A program made the position numbers and the translations under genes. The notes under the pieces were generated by a model that saw only the letters and a list, made by a program, of their open reading frames with translations, had not been told where the DNA came from and did not search any database. A stretch of 26,611 nt of DNA from a virus. Lineage: Duplodnaviria > Caudoviricetes. The DNA is taken from the IMG/VR virus record IMGVR_UViG_3300035534_000170, positions 1 through 26,611 of that record, one strand, 5' to 3'. Numbering within the stretch: position 1 is the first letter of the stretch; the number at the start of each line of letters is the position of its first letter. Shown here piece by piece: positions 9,982-17,818 of the stretch.

Positions 9982-10380
9982 ATGATTGGATATTTTGGAC
10001 CTATTTTATTTGAAACATCAGATAAAAAAATATTGAATTTTAATGGCTTGACTCATAATGCTTCAGCCAATTATGAAAAACATGAAGTAATAGGTAAAAA
10101 GCCACGAAGTGAATTTAATAATCCCGAATTAGAAACTATTTCATTTACAATAAACTTAAACGGAAACCACGGGGTTAAACCTCGAAAAGAAATAGAAAGA
10201 TGGCTCAATATTGTTAATAATGGAGAAGCATATTCTTTAGTTGTTGGCAGCAAAGTTATCGGTGATGATTTATGGGTTTGCACAAGTATCAGTTCAGCCT
10301 GGGGCACTGTGTTTAATCAAGGTGAACTTTTTTCAGCTAAGATTGATGTTTCTTTAGAAGAATATATATCGGAGATGTGA
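9982..10380 (+). CDS. Tail tube initiator (P2 gpU-like)
   Basis: MIGYFG N-terminus, HEVIGKKP and VSLEEY motifs. Confidence 0.85.
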   Translation: MIGYFGPILFETSDKKILNFNGLTHNASANYEKHEVIGKKPRSEFNNPELETISFTINLNGNHGVKPRKEIERWLNIVNNGEAYSLVVGSKVIGDDLWVCTSISSAWGTVFNQGELFSAKIDVSLEEYISEM

Positions 10381-10385
10381 TGTAG

Positions 10386-10697
10386 ATGATTAATATAAAT
10401 GAACTGCAGCTGCAGCTTAATGAAGAGCTAGAAGATTATGAAGAGGTAATAAGAAATGTTAAGACAATACTCACAACTCCTAAGGGAACTGTACCTTTCG
10501 ATAGAGAGTTCGGGATAGACTGGTCTATTGTTGATCAGCCGATGGCCCGGGCCAAATCATTGTTAGCTGCTGAATATGCTAAGCAAATAAGAAAATATGA
10601 GCCCAGAGTAAGAGTTAGAGAAGTTAATTATGAAACTAAAACTACAGAAGCTCAAGATGGAATATTAGTGCCAAAGGTGGTGTTAGAGAGTGGCTAA
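10386..10697 (+). CDS. Baseplate wedge protein (gpW/gp25 family)
   Basis: ILTTPKGTVPFDREFG and YEPRV motifs. Confidence 0.9.
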   Translation: MININELQLQLNEELEDYEEVIRNVKTILTTPKGTVPFDREFGIDWSIVDQPMARAKSLLAAEYAKQIRKYEPRVRVREVNYETKTTEAQDGILVPKVVLESG

Positions 10698-11838
10698 AAT
10701 TGAAGAATTAAAACATTTGCCAGAAATAAATTTTGTAGAAACAGATGTAGAAACTATGTTATCTGATGCTATAAGAACCTATGAAGAAGCTTTTTATGAT
10801 CAGACTGGAAAGAAAAAGACTTTATCTCCTGGTGATCCGGTCCGAATATGGATATATTCACAGGTTTTAAAGTTATATCATGCCCATATGCTAATTGATA
10901 AAACAGCAAAAAAGAACCTGCTTTATTATGCAGAAGATGAACCTTTGGATCATCTGGGAGCTAGAGTTGGAGAGGAAAGAGAAGAAGCAAAAGCTGCAAT
11001 AGTTACTGTAAGGATTAATTTATCTGCATCTCAATCAAATCCAGTTCCGATTGAAGAAGGGACCAGGGCTTCAGCTGCTAATAATATTTTCTTTGAAACT
11101 ACTGAATATCATGAAATACCGACCGGAGAATCAAGTTATGAAGTTGAAATGACATGTACTGAAACAGGAACTATAGGAAATGATTTTACCCCTGGCCAGA
11201 TAGATACTTTAGTTGATCCTATCCCTTATGCTGAATCAGTAGAAAATATAGATACAAGTCAGGGTGGGGCAGAAAAAGAAAATAATGAAAGCCTTACACG
11301 AAAAATATATTTAAAACCGGAATCTTTTTCAACTGCTGGCCCGGAACTTGCTTATGACTTTTTCACTAGAGAATATAATCAGAGCATTATTGATGTTTCT
11401 GTCGATTCTCCTTCTGCTGGAGTAGTAGATGTAAGATTTCTTTTAGAAGATGGAGAAATACCAGATGCTGCAATAATTGATGGAGTAAAAGATTATCTTT
11501 CAGATAAAAAGAGAAGACCTCTCACAGATAATGTGACTGTTCAAGCTCCTGATCAGGTTTCTTATGATATTGATATTACTTATTATATTTCTGATGATGA
11601 AGAAGAATTTGCTCAATCAATTCAAAATGAAGTTAATAAAGCTGTTGATGAATATATATTGTGGCAAAAAATTAAAATAGGCAGGGATATTAATCCATCT
11701 GAATTGATCTATAAAATAAGACGGGCCGGAGCTAAACGGGTGGAGGTGACAGCTCCTGTTTTTACAACTATTTCTAATATTGAAGTAGCATCAGAAGGTA
11801 CAATTAATATTAATTATGGAGGTTTAGAAGATGAATAA
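10690..11838 (+). CDS. Baseplate J-like protein
   Basis: LSPGDP, LDHLG, GTIGN, GGAEKE, FSTAGP and RPLTDNV motifs. Confidence 0.92.
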   Translation: MAKIEELKHLPEINFVETDVETMLSDAIRTYEEAFYDQTGKKKTLSPGDPVRIWIYSQVLKLYHAHMLIDKTAKKNLLYYAEDEPLDHLGARVGEEREEAKAAIVTVRINLSASQSNPVPIEEGTRASAANNIFFETTEYHEIPTGESSYEVEMTCTETGTIGNDFTPGQIDTLVDPIPYAESVENIDTSQGGAEKENNESLTRKIYLKPESFSTAGPELAYDFFTREYNQSIIDVSVDSPSAGVVDVRFLLEDGEIPDAAIIDGVKDYLSDKKRRPLTDNVTVQAPDQVSYDIDITYYISDDEEEFAQSIQNEVNKAVDEYILWQKIKIGRDINPSELIYKIRRAGAKRVEVTAPVFTTISNIEVASEGTININYGGLEDE

Positions 11839-12484
11839 AAAAATGGGTGAAGTTAATTTAATTGATTTAATACCTCCAAATTTAAAAAAAGATCCAGATA
11901 TAATTGCAGCAAGTGAAGCAGTTGATCATGAATATAAAAAAGTAATAGATCAAATAGATAACTGTTTAACTATTGTTGGTATAGATAATGCTAAAGAAGA
12001 GGTTGTTGATCATATAGCATTAGGGGCTAATCATTATTTTTATGATCAAAATTTACCTTTAGAAACTAAAAGAAAACTTGCTAAAAAAGCTTATATATTT
12101 CATTTTACTAAGGGAACTCCCTATGCTGTAGAACAGTTAATAACTGATGTATTCGATGAAGCTACTGTTGAAGAGTGGTTTGAGTATGGAGGAGATCCTT
12201 ATTATTTTAGATTACAAATTATTGACAGAATTACTGACACTGAAAAATTAGAGCAATTAATCAAAGCAATAAATTCAGTTAAAAATAAAAGATCTAAATT
12301 AGAAGTAATTAACATAAATCGAAAAAATAAAGCTAATATATTTTTAGGAACTTTTGTTCATTCAAATAAAAATATAACTATTAAACAGGATAGAACAGTT
12401 TCTGATCAAAGCATTATGAATGATTTAAAAATAGGAATAGCAAATAGACAAAATAATTATATTCAAATATTTACGGAGGTGTAA
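11831..12484 (+). CDS. Tail protein I (P2 gpI-like baseplate wedge)
   Basis: KGTPYAVE, VEEWFEYGGDPYYF and VKNKRS motifs. Confidence 0.88.
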   Translation: MNKKMGEVNLIDLIPPNLKKDPDIIAASEAVDHEYKKVIDQIDNCLTIVGIDNAKEEVVDHIALGANHYFYDQNLPLETKRKLAKKAYIFHFTKGTPYAVEQLITDVFDEATVEEWFEYGGDPYYFRLQIIDRITDTEKLEQLIKAINSVKNKRSKLEVININRKNKANIFLGTFVHSNKNITIKQDRTVSDQSIMNDLKIGIANRQNNYIQIFTEV

Positions 12485-12486
12485 TA

Positions 12487-14421
12487 ATGGCCAAATTTAA
12501 TAGTTTAAAATTAACTAATGATGGTCTAGATTTACAATCAAAAGCTCAAGCAGGAACACTTTTAGAGTTTAGCAGAGTGGCTGTTGGAGATGGAGAATTA
12601 CCAGATGGAACTGACTTAATTGACTTAACATCTTTAATAAATGAAAAAGAAAGTTTAGATATAACTTCTATTTCAGTTGATGAAGATGGAAATGCAAAAG
12701 TTAGATCAACAATTTCAAACCAGGGATTAGATAATGGTTTTTATATTAGAGAAATAGGTCTTTTTGCTAATGATCCAGATAAGGGAGAAATACTTTATTG
12801 TATAGCAAATGCAGGTGATTTAGCAGATTATTTACCATCAGGATACGGAACCGATATAGTTGAATCTACTTTAGATTTAATTACTGTTGTAGGTAATGCA
12901 GATAATGTTGCCGCAGAAATTAATAAAAGCTTAACTTATGCTTCTATTAAGGATCTTGAAGATTCTTATCAAGATTTAAATGGAGGTGTAACTGTAAGAA
13001 TTGCAGATATATTAACAGAAGGTGTACTTGATGGTGGAGATATAACAGAAAATACTACACCAGACTTAAATATAATTGTTAATAAATTAATTGGTTATAA
13101 TTCCAATGGTTCTAGAATTAATTTAGTAAGCAATCAGACTTTAGATTTAAGTACTTATTTGCCTACTACTACTGGAAATGAAAAATATGTAAGTATTTAT
13201 ATTGATGCCATAGACTTAGAAACTAACACAGAAATTAATATAGTAGAGGGAACTTCAGCTATTGCTGGTAGTGCTAAAAGACCTGATATTGACAATAGTC
13301 AAGGTGTATTATTAGCAGATGTATCACTATCTGAAGGTCAAACAAGTATAGTTAATAGTGATATAGAAGAATTTAGAAAACAAAAAATCTATTTTGAGGG
13401 AAAAACTCAGCAAAAAGAAAATATTAGTGCATTAACAAATCCAAAAAGAATGAATAGAAGGGCAGATTTTTCATCTTCATTTATAAATTTTACGAAATAT
13501 AAGAAAAATCCTATATTAAGTGGAGATATAGAAACCCAAAATCAAGCTGGGTTTGTATCTGTTATACATGCTGAAGATGTACTATCAAGTCCTATTGATA
13601 AATTTTATATGTTTTGGGCAGGGCACGATGGTGGAGGTATAAGATTAGCAACAGCTCCACACCCTTTAGGACCTTGGACTAGATATGGAAAGTTATTTGA
13701 TGTGACTGACGCAGGTGGAGGTAACCATGTTAGTTCCCCAGAAGTATTCTATCATCCAGAAAGTAATCAATTGGTTATGTTATATCATAGAAGCCATATA
13801 GTCACTAAAAATGGTATTACAACAACTATTCAAGATACTGAAAAAGCCTATCACTCTACTTTAACTGATGGAATAACTTGGAGCGGGTTTGAACCAGTTG
13901 CAGAAGCATCTTTAGATGGCCACTGGGATGATAAGACTAAAGCCTATATGCGGACTATGAGAATACAAGATTATTACATTGGAGTTTGTCAAAGTAGAGA
14001 TCAAAATGCTAATACTAAAGGTGTAAACTTATTGATATCAGCTAAAGATAATATTAACTATGGAATTGCTAGTTTAATACCTCTTTTTTATAACACTCAA
14101 TATGTTGATGAGTATGATCCAAGTGGGGATATAGGCGGCGCACCTAACTTGTTTTTATATGAAGGAGGTTTGTGGTTGCTTTATGGTGATGGGAATACTA
14201 ATAGAATTATAAAAGCTGCACCATTAAATGAACCATATTTAAAACATCCTCCTGTAACTGATGTACTATCTCCTACAGAAACCTGGGAAGGTTCTATGCT
14301 AGAAGCTCCTTGTCCTTTTGTTTGGGATGGTGTAATTTATCTCTATTACAATTCTATTACAGACAATTTTAGCAAAAGAGAAGTCGGGGTTGCTTATTAT
14401 GATTGGAGGGAGGAACAATAA
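12487..14421 (+). CDS. Tail fibre / receptor-binding protein with C-terminal glycosidase-like 5-bladed beta-propeller
   Basis: N-terminal P2 gpH-type anchor (LTNDG, VAVGDG, GFYIREIGLFA). C-terminal KYKKNPIL, IRLATAPHPLGPW, HVSSPEV and EAPCPFVWDGVIYLYY motifs resemble GH43/GH130-clan propellers. Confidence 0.8.
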   Translation: MAKFNSLKLTNDGLDLQSKAQAGTLLEFSRVAVGDGELPDGTDLIDLTSLINEKESLDITSISVDEDGNAKVRSTISNQGLDNGFYIREIGLFANDPDKGEILYCIANAGDLADYLPSGYGTDIVESTLDLITVVGNADNVAAEINKSLTYASIKDLEDSYQDLNGGVTVRIADILTEGVLDGGDITENTTPDLNIIVNKLIGYNSNGSRINLVSNQTLDLSTYLPTTTGNEKYVSIYIDAIDLETNTEINIVEGTSAIAGSAKRPDIDNSQGVLLADVSLSEGQTSIVNSDIEEFRKQKIYFEGKTQQKENISALTNPKRMNRRADFSSSFINFTKYKKNPILSGDIETQNQAGFVSVIHAEDVLSSPIDKFYMFWAGHDGGGIRLATAPHPLGPWTRYGKLFDVTDAGGGNHVSSPEVFYHPESNQLVMLYHRSHIVTKNGITTTIQDTEKAYHSTLTDGITWSGFEPVAEASLDGHWDDKTKAYMRTMRIQDYYIGVCQSRDQNANTKGVNLLISAKDNINYGIASLIPLFYNTQYVDEYDPSGDIGGAPNLFLYEGGLWLLYGDGNTNRIIKAAPLNEPYLKHPPVTDVLSPTETWEGSMLEAPCPFVWDGVIYLYYNSITDNFSKREVGVAYYDWREEQ

Positions 14422-15053
14422 TGTCTAAAATTAATTTTTTGCAGGCTTTAATTGATATTAAAGAAAAAGAATACAGCAATAAAATAGAAACAAAAGCTCC
14501 TATGTTAGGTACACTGGAAAGCTGGTTTTCAACTTCTTTAATCAGTGACGGTTCTGTTACTGTAGACCAATCAAAAGGTGCTATTGTGCAAGAGATAGGA
14601 ACTGCAGGTGGTGGAGAGGCAGAATTAAGACACCCTGATGTGTATTTTAAACCTTCAAATTATGCACATGTTGAAATTAAGGGTATAATTGAAGGTGAGA
14701 ATATACAACCGGGCACAGAACTAAATATTAATTTTGCTAATGCTACCAGTAATCCAGATAATTACTTTATGATAGATATTGGGAATAATCAAGTGAAAGT
14801 TAATAAAAATGGAACATTAACTGAAACACCAATTAAAACATTTATGCCTAATTATAAAATGCAATATACAATTTTCTGGAATAGGGAGAAATATGTAGAG
14901 GTGTATATTGATGGAATGTTCCAAGGGAGATTTAGTCCACCAGATGTTGACGCTAATTATTATTTGCGTCAATATCTTTATAATTCTTCTACAGCACAAA
15001 CTCAAAGGTTAAGGACATACCTATATGAGATAAGGTATTATTATAAGTCTTAA
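14421..15053 (+). CDS. Beta-rich protein, possible ConA-like lectin fold; tail-fibre-associated
   Basis: TAATG coupling to the fibre stop, RBS GGAGG; YTIFWNREKYVEVYIDG resembles a ConA/LamG/GH16 strand motif. Confidence 0.5.
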   Translation: MSKINFLQALIDIKEKEYSNKIETKAPMLGTLESWFSTSLISDGSVTVDQSKGAIVQEIGTAGGGEAELRHPDVYFKPSNYAHVEIKGIIEGENIQPGTELNINFANATSNPDNYFMIDIGNNQVKVNKNGTLTETPIKTFMPNYKMQYTIFWNREKYVEVYIDGMFQGRFSPPDVDANYYLRQYLYNSSTAQTQRLRTYLYEIRYYYKS

Positions 15054-15207
15054 GCTATACAGTACAGGTGAAAAAAAATATAAAAATATTATTTTATTTA
15101 GCCTCTTGAACAGGGCTTCTTAATGTGACCAGAATTAAAAAGTTGATGTGGTAAACAGATAATTAAATACTTTCGCCTTGTAGTGAGGCTGTTTGAGGTG
15201 AAAACAC

Positions 15208-15666
15208 GTGAATGCTAAATGGAGACCGTTTATAGACGAAGTTAATTATTATATAGATAATTTTTTAAATCATCCAGCAATAAAAGGTTGTTTTGCAGCA
15301 GGGGGCACAATAGTGACTATGTTTTTTGGAAATATTAATGCGCCTATGCAAGGATTTCTTATTCTGTTAGCTATAGATTACATAACAGGATTAACAAAAG
15401 CAAGCAAAAAAGGGCAGCTATCAAGCTGGATGTCTCGAAAAGGGTGGGGGAAAATAGCCACATATTCTATAGTGATTTCTCTTGGCCATCTTGTGACTCA
15501 AATAGGAATTGATGGCATGAGAGATTTTGTTATTTTATGGGCCGGAGCAACAGAAACAATATCAATTATTGAAAACTGTGATGAGCTCGGTATATATATA
15601 CCTGCTTTTTTAAGAGAAAAATTATTAAAAACAAAAGAAAATAAATTTGGAGAGGAGCTAAAATAA
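15208..15666 (+). CDS. Holin (toxin secretion/phage lysis holin family)
   Basis: IDYITG, KGWGK and ETISIIEN...LGIYIP motifs; GTG start with RBS GAGGTG. Confidence 0.9.
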   Translation: MNAKWRPFIDEVNYYIDNFLNHPAIKGCFAAGGTIVTMFFGNINAPMQGFLILLAIDYITGLTKASKKGQLSSWMSRKGWGKIATYSIVISLGHLVTQIGIDGMRDFVILWAGATETISIIENCDELGIYIPAFLREKLLKTKENKFGEELK

Positions 15667-16151
15667 TGGATGTAAAAGATATCAGGGATCAATTGCCTAA
15701 GCATGAATCTAAAAAATATCCAAAGAGAAATATTCAGGATATAAATCATATTGATATTCACCATAGTGCATCACCAACTGCTAACTATAAAGGTGTAGAA
15801 ACTATAGAAGGGTTTGCAAGATATCATATTAATAGTCATGGGTGGCCGGGACTAGGATATCACCACGTTATATCACCTGATGGGGATATTTTTAAAACTG
15901 GATATGCTTCAGAGAGTCGGTGGAGTGTTGGTGGGAACAATAGTTACACTATATCAGTTATGATTGTTGGGCGTTTTGATCAGGAAGAAATATTCGATAA
16001 ACAATATCAAGCATTATTGTGGTTGGTTAGACAACTTATGTCAGCATATAATGTTCCAAAAGAAAATGTAAAAGGCCATAATGAATACCCTGGTCATTCC
16101 AGCAATACTTGTCCAGGTATTAATATGGATAAACTCAGGAGTGATTTATAA
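15666..16151 (+). CDS. Endolysin, Zn-dependent N-acetylmuramoyl-L-alanine amidase (Amidase_2/PGRP-like), catalytic domain only
   Basis: IHHSA, GYHHVI, GHNE and TCPG motifs; 161 aa with no cell-wall-binding domain. Confidence 0.92.
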   Translation: MDVKDIRDQLPKHESKKYPKRNIQDINHIDIHHSASPTANYKGVETIEGFARYHINSHGWPGLGYHHVISPDGDIFKTGYASESRWSVGGNNSYTISVMIVGRFDQEEIFDKQYQALLWLVRQLMSAYNVPKENVKGHNEYPGHSSNTCPGINMDKLRSDL

Positions 16152-16354
16152 TGACTGAAGAAGAAAAACAAGAGCTTCGAGGTAGGTTAATATCGTTTAT
16201 CTCTAGAAAATTTGTACTTGCACTGATTGTTTTAATAGTTTCAACAGTTGTTGTTTTAGAAGGACAATTAGATGCACGCATCTGGCTGGGGATTGTGGCT
16301 GCAGATGTAATTGGTTATGACTATGGAAATGCAAAATCAAAGCAGGTGAGATGA
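16151..16354 (+). CDS. Small 2-TM membrane protein in the lysis cassette (second holin/antiholin-like)
   Basis: SRKF followed by two hydrophobic segments; translationally coupled to the amidase. Confidence 0.55.
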   Translation: MTEEEKQELRGRLISFISRKFVLALIVLIVSTVVVLEGQLDARIWLGIVAADVIGYDYGNAKSKQVR

Positions 16355-16355
16355 A

Positions 16356-16766
16356 ATGATTAAACAAAAACATAAAATCATACTCATTGTAATTGCTGTA
16401 ATTGTCGCTCTATTATTGTTATTTTTTGTTGGCAAAGAAATTGCTGCAGGGTTTGCAGCTGTATTAGGAATTTTCGGATTTAGCAGCAATAAAGCTCTCA
16501 AAAAGAAATCTGACGAGATTAAGAAAAAGGCTGATCAGGAAAAAGAAATCACCAAAAAAGTAGAAAATAATATTGATGATTATCAGAAAAAAGATGAGCA
16601 TCTGCAGAAGAAAGATAAAGAAAGAGTCAAAACAGCTGAAAAATTAAAGGAACAGGGTGAAGACAGAGAAAAAGAAATGCAAAAAATCAGAGATGATCAA
16701 GCAGCAAGAAAAGAAAAAGGTGAAGAGTTAAGTGCTCGATTGGAAGAATTGAAAGGGGATGATTGA
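16356..16766 (+). CDS. Candidate inner-membrane spanin (N-terminal TM + long coiled coil)
   Basis: Basic N-terminus, hydrophobic residues ~8-42, then ~90 aa of K/E-rich helix; located after the endolysin. Confidence 0.55.
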   Translation: MIKQKHKIILIVIAVIVALLLLFFVGKEIAAGFAAVLGIFGFSSNKALKKKSDEIKKKADQEKEITKKVENNIDDYQKKDEHLQKKDKERVKTAEKLKEQGEDREKEMQKIRDDQAARKEKGEELSARLEELKGDD

Positions 16767-17238
16767 AATTAAAAAAATATTAATTGTTATCATAGCTTTA
16801 GTTTTGTTATGCTTTCCAGGACAAATTAATGCTCAGGATCAATCTGATCCAAGTTATCAAGATCTTTTAGAGCGAAACCAGGAACTAATCAAAATTGCTG
16901 AAGATTACAAGGAAATGTGGGAAGAGTCCGAAAAGCAACTTGATAAAGCTGATAAGTCATATACTGAAGAAAAAGCAGAAAAAGAAAAATTCAAAAGACT
17001 GTATGAAAAAGAACGAGAAGATAAAAAAGAATATAGACAATTATATTTAAGTTCTGACGAAGACCTTAAAAAAACTTTGAAATCTAATGAAAGATTACAC
17101 GATTATATTGACAGCTTAAACGAGACTATTGACGAACATTTAGGTAGAAGTAATATATCTGTTTCAACCGGAGTCGGTATAAATGCTAAAAATCCAGAAG
17201 AGAGTTTGTTCATTGTTCAGCTCGAATTTGGAATTTAA
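16759..17238 (+). CDS. Secreted coiled-coil protein with C-terminal amphipathic beta-hairpin; candidate outer-membrane spanin component
   Basis: Sec-type signal peptide ending INA/QD, no canonical lipobox, coiled coil, C-terminus ISVSTGVGIN...LFIVQLEFGI; overlaps the previous gene by 8 nt. Confidence 0.5.
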   Translation: MIEIKKILIVIIALVLLCFPGQINAQDQSDPSYQDLLERNQELIKIAEDYKEMWEESEKQLDKADKSYTEEKAEKEKFKRLYEKEREDKKEYRQLYLSSDEDLKKTLKSNERLHDYIDSLNETIDEHLGRSNISVSTGVGINAKNPEESLFIVQLEFGI

Positions 17239-17266
17239 ATAGATAATTTCTGTAGCGGAGGTAAAT

Positions 17267-17497
17267 ATGCGATACCTTATGTTTTTATTATTAATTATTT
17301 TAGATTTGATTTTCAGTGCAGGAACTTCATTCTTTATTTTAACTAGAAAAATGAAGAAAATTGACAAAAATTCAAGTTGTGGAACCGGGAGTATTGGAGA
17401 AGCAATTATTGCCTGGATAGTTGTTGTGATTATTTTTATAATATTACTTGCTGTATATGGTTCATTATTGTATTGGATCATGTTTCTTTTGCTTTAA
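17267..17497 (+). CDS. Small 2-TM membrane protein
   Basis: RBS GGAGGT; two hydrophobic segments. Confidence 0.7.
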   Translation: MRYLMFLLLIILDLIFSAGTSFFILTRKMKKIDKNSSCGTGSIGEAIIAWIVVVIIFIILLAVYGSLLYWIMFLLL

Positions 17498-17508
17498 AGG
17501 AGGTCATT

Positions 17509-17721
17509 GTGGCTATTCTAAAAGTCTTACTCATTATTGTAGTTTCAATTATAATTTCTGGACTGCAAAGTTATTCTGTGTATAGGTGGTTGCTAAATAC
17601 AGATTATAAAGAACCTTTTAATCCATTTGCTCCATTTGAAAATGCTTTGATCGGAGCAGTAATAGCAGGGATAATTTTTGCATCAATAAACAGCAGCATA
17701 ATGTATTGGATCATATTCTAA
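17509..17721 (+). CDS. Small 2-TM membrane protein (70 aa), paralogue of the preceding gene
   Basis: AAGGAGGT RBS supports GTG start at 17509 rather than 17377; aligns by eye with 17267-17497. Confidence 0.7.
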   Translation: MAILKVLLIIVVSIIISGLQSYSVYRWLLNTDYKEPFNPFAPFENALIGAVIAGIIFASINSSIMYWIIF

Positions 17722-17727
17722 TTATTT

Positions 17728-17758
17728 AACCTCAGGTGAAAGCCTGGGGTCTTTTTTT
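17728..17758 (+). terminator. Rho-independent terminator ending the late operon
   Basis: ACCTCAGG-TGAAAG-CCTGGGGT hairpin followed by C and T7. Confidence 0.85.
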
Positions 17759-17818
17759 ATAAAATGAACATAAATTTAAAGGAGTTATTTACATAATATA
17801 TAATATATTAGTAGGAGG

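Noticed and set aside
1-12484. Contractile injection system or tailocin interpretation
   Set aside because: Capsid, head-joining, integrase and immunity genes are all present, indicating a complete temperate phage; a lambda-like head with a P2-like tail is a known combination.
12487-15207. Diversity-generating retroelement or invertible tail-fibre switch
   Set aside because: No reverse transcriptase, no template/variable repeat pair and no invertase or inverted duplicate fibre end were seen in the window.
15054-15207. Weak hairpins (AGCCTCTTGAACAGGGCT; GCCTTGTAGTGAGGC) as terminators or ncRNA
   Set aside because: Short imperfect stems and poor U-tracts; cannot be supported beyond a possible attenuator.
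17377-17508. N-terminal extension of the 114-aa ORF with several Cys
   Set aside because: It overlaps the upstream gene in another frame, and a strong RBS precedes GTG 17509.
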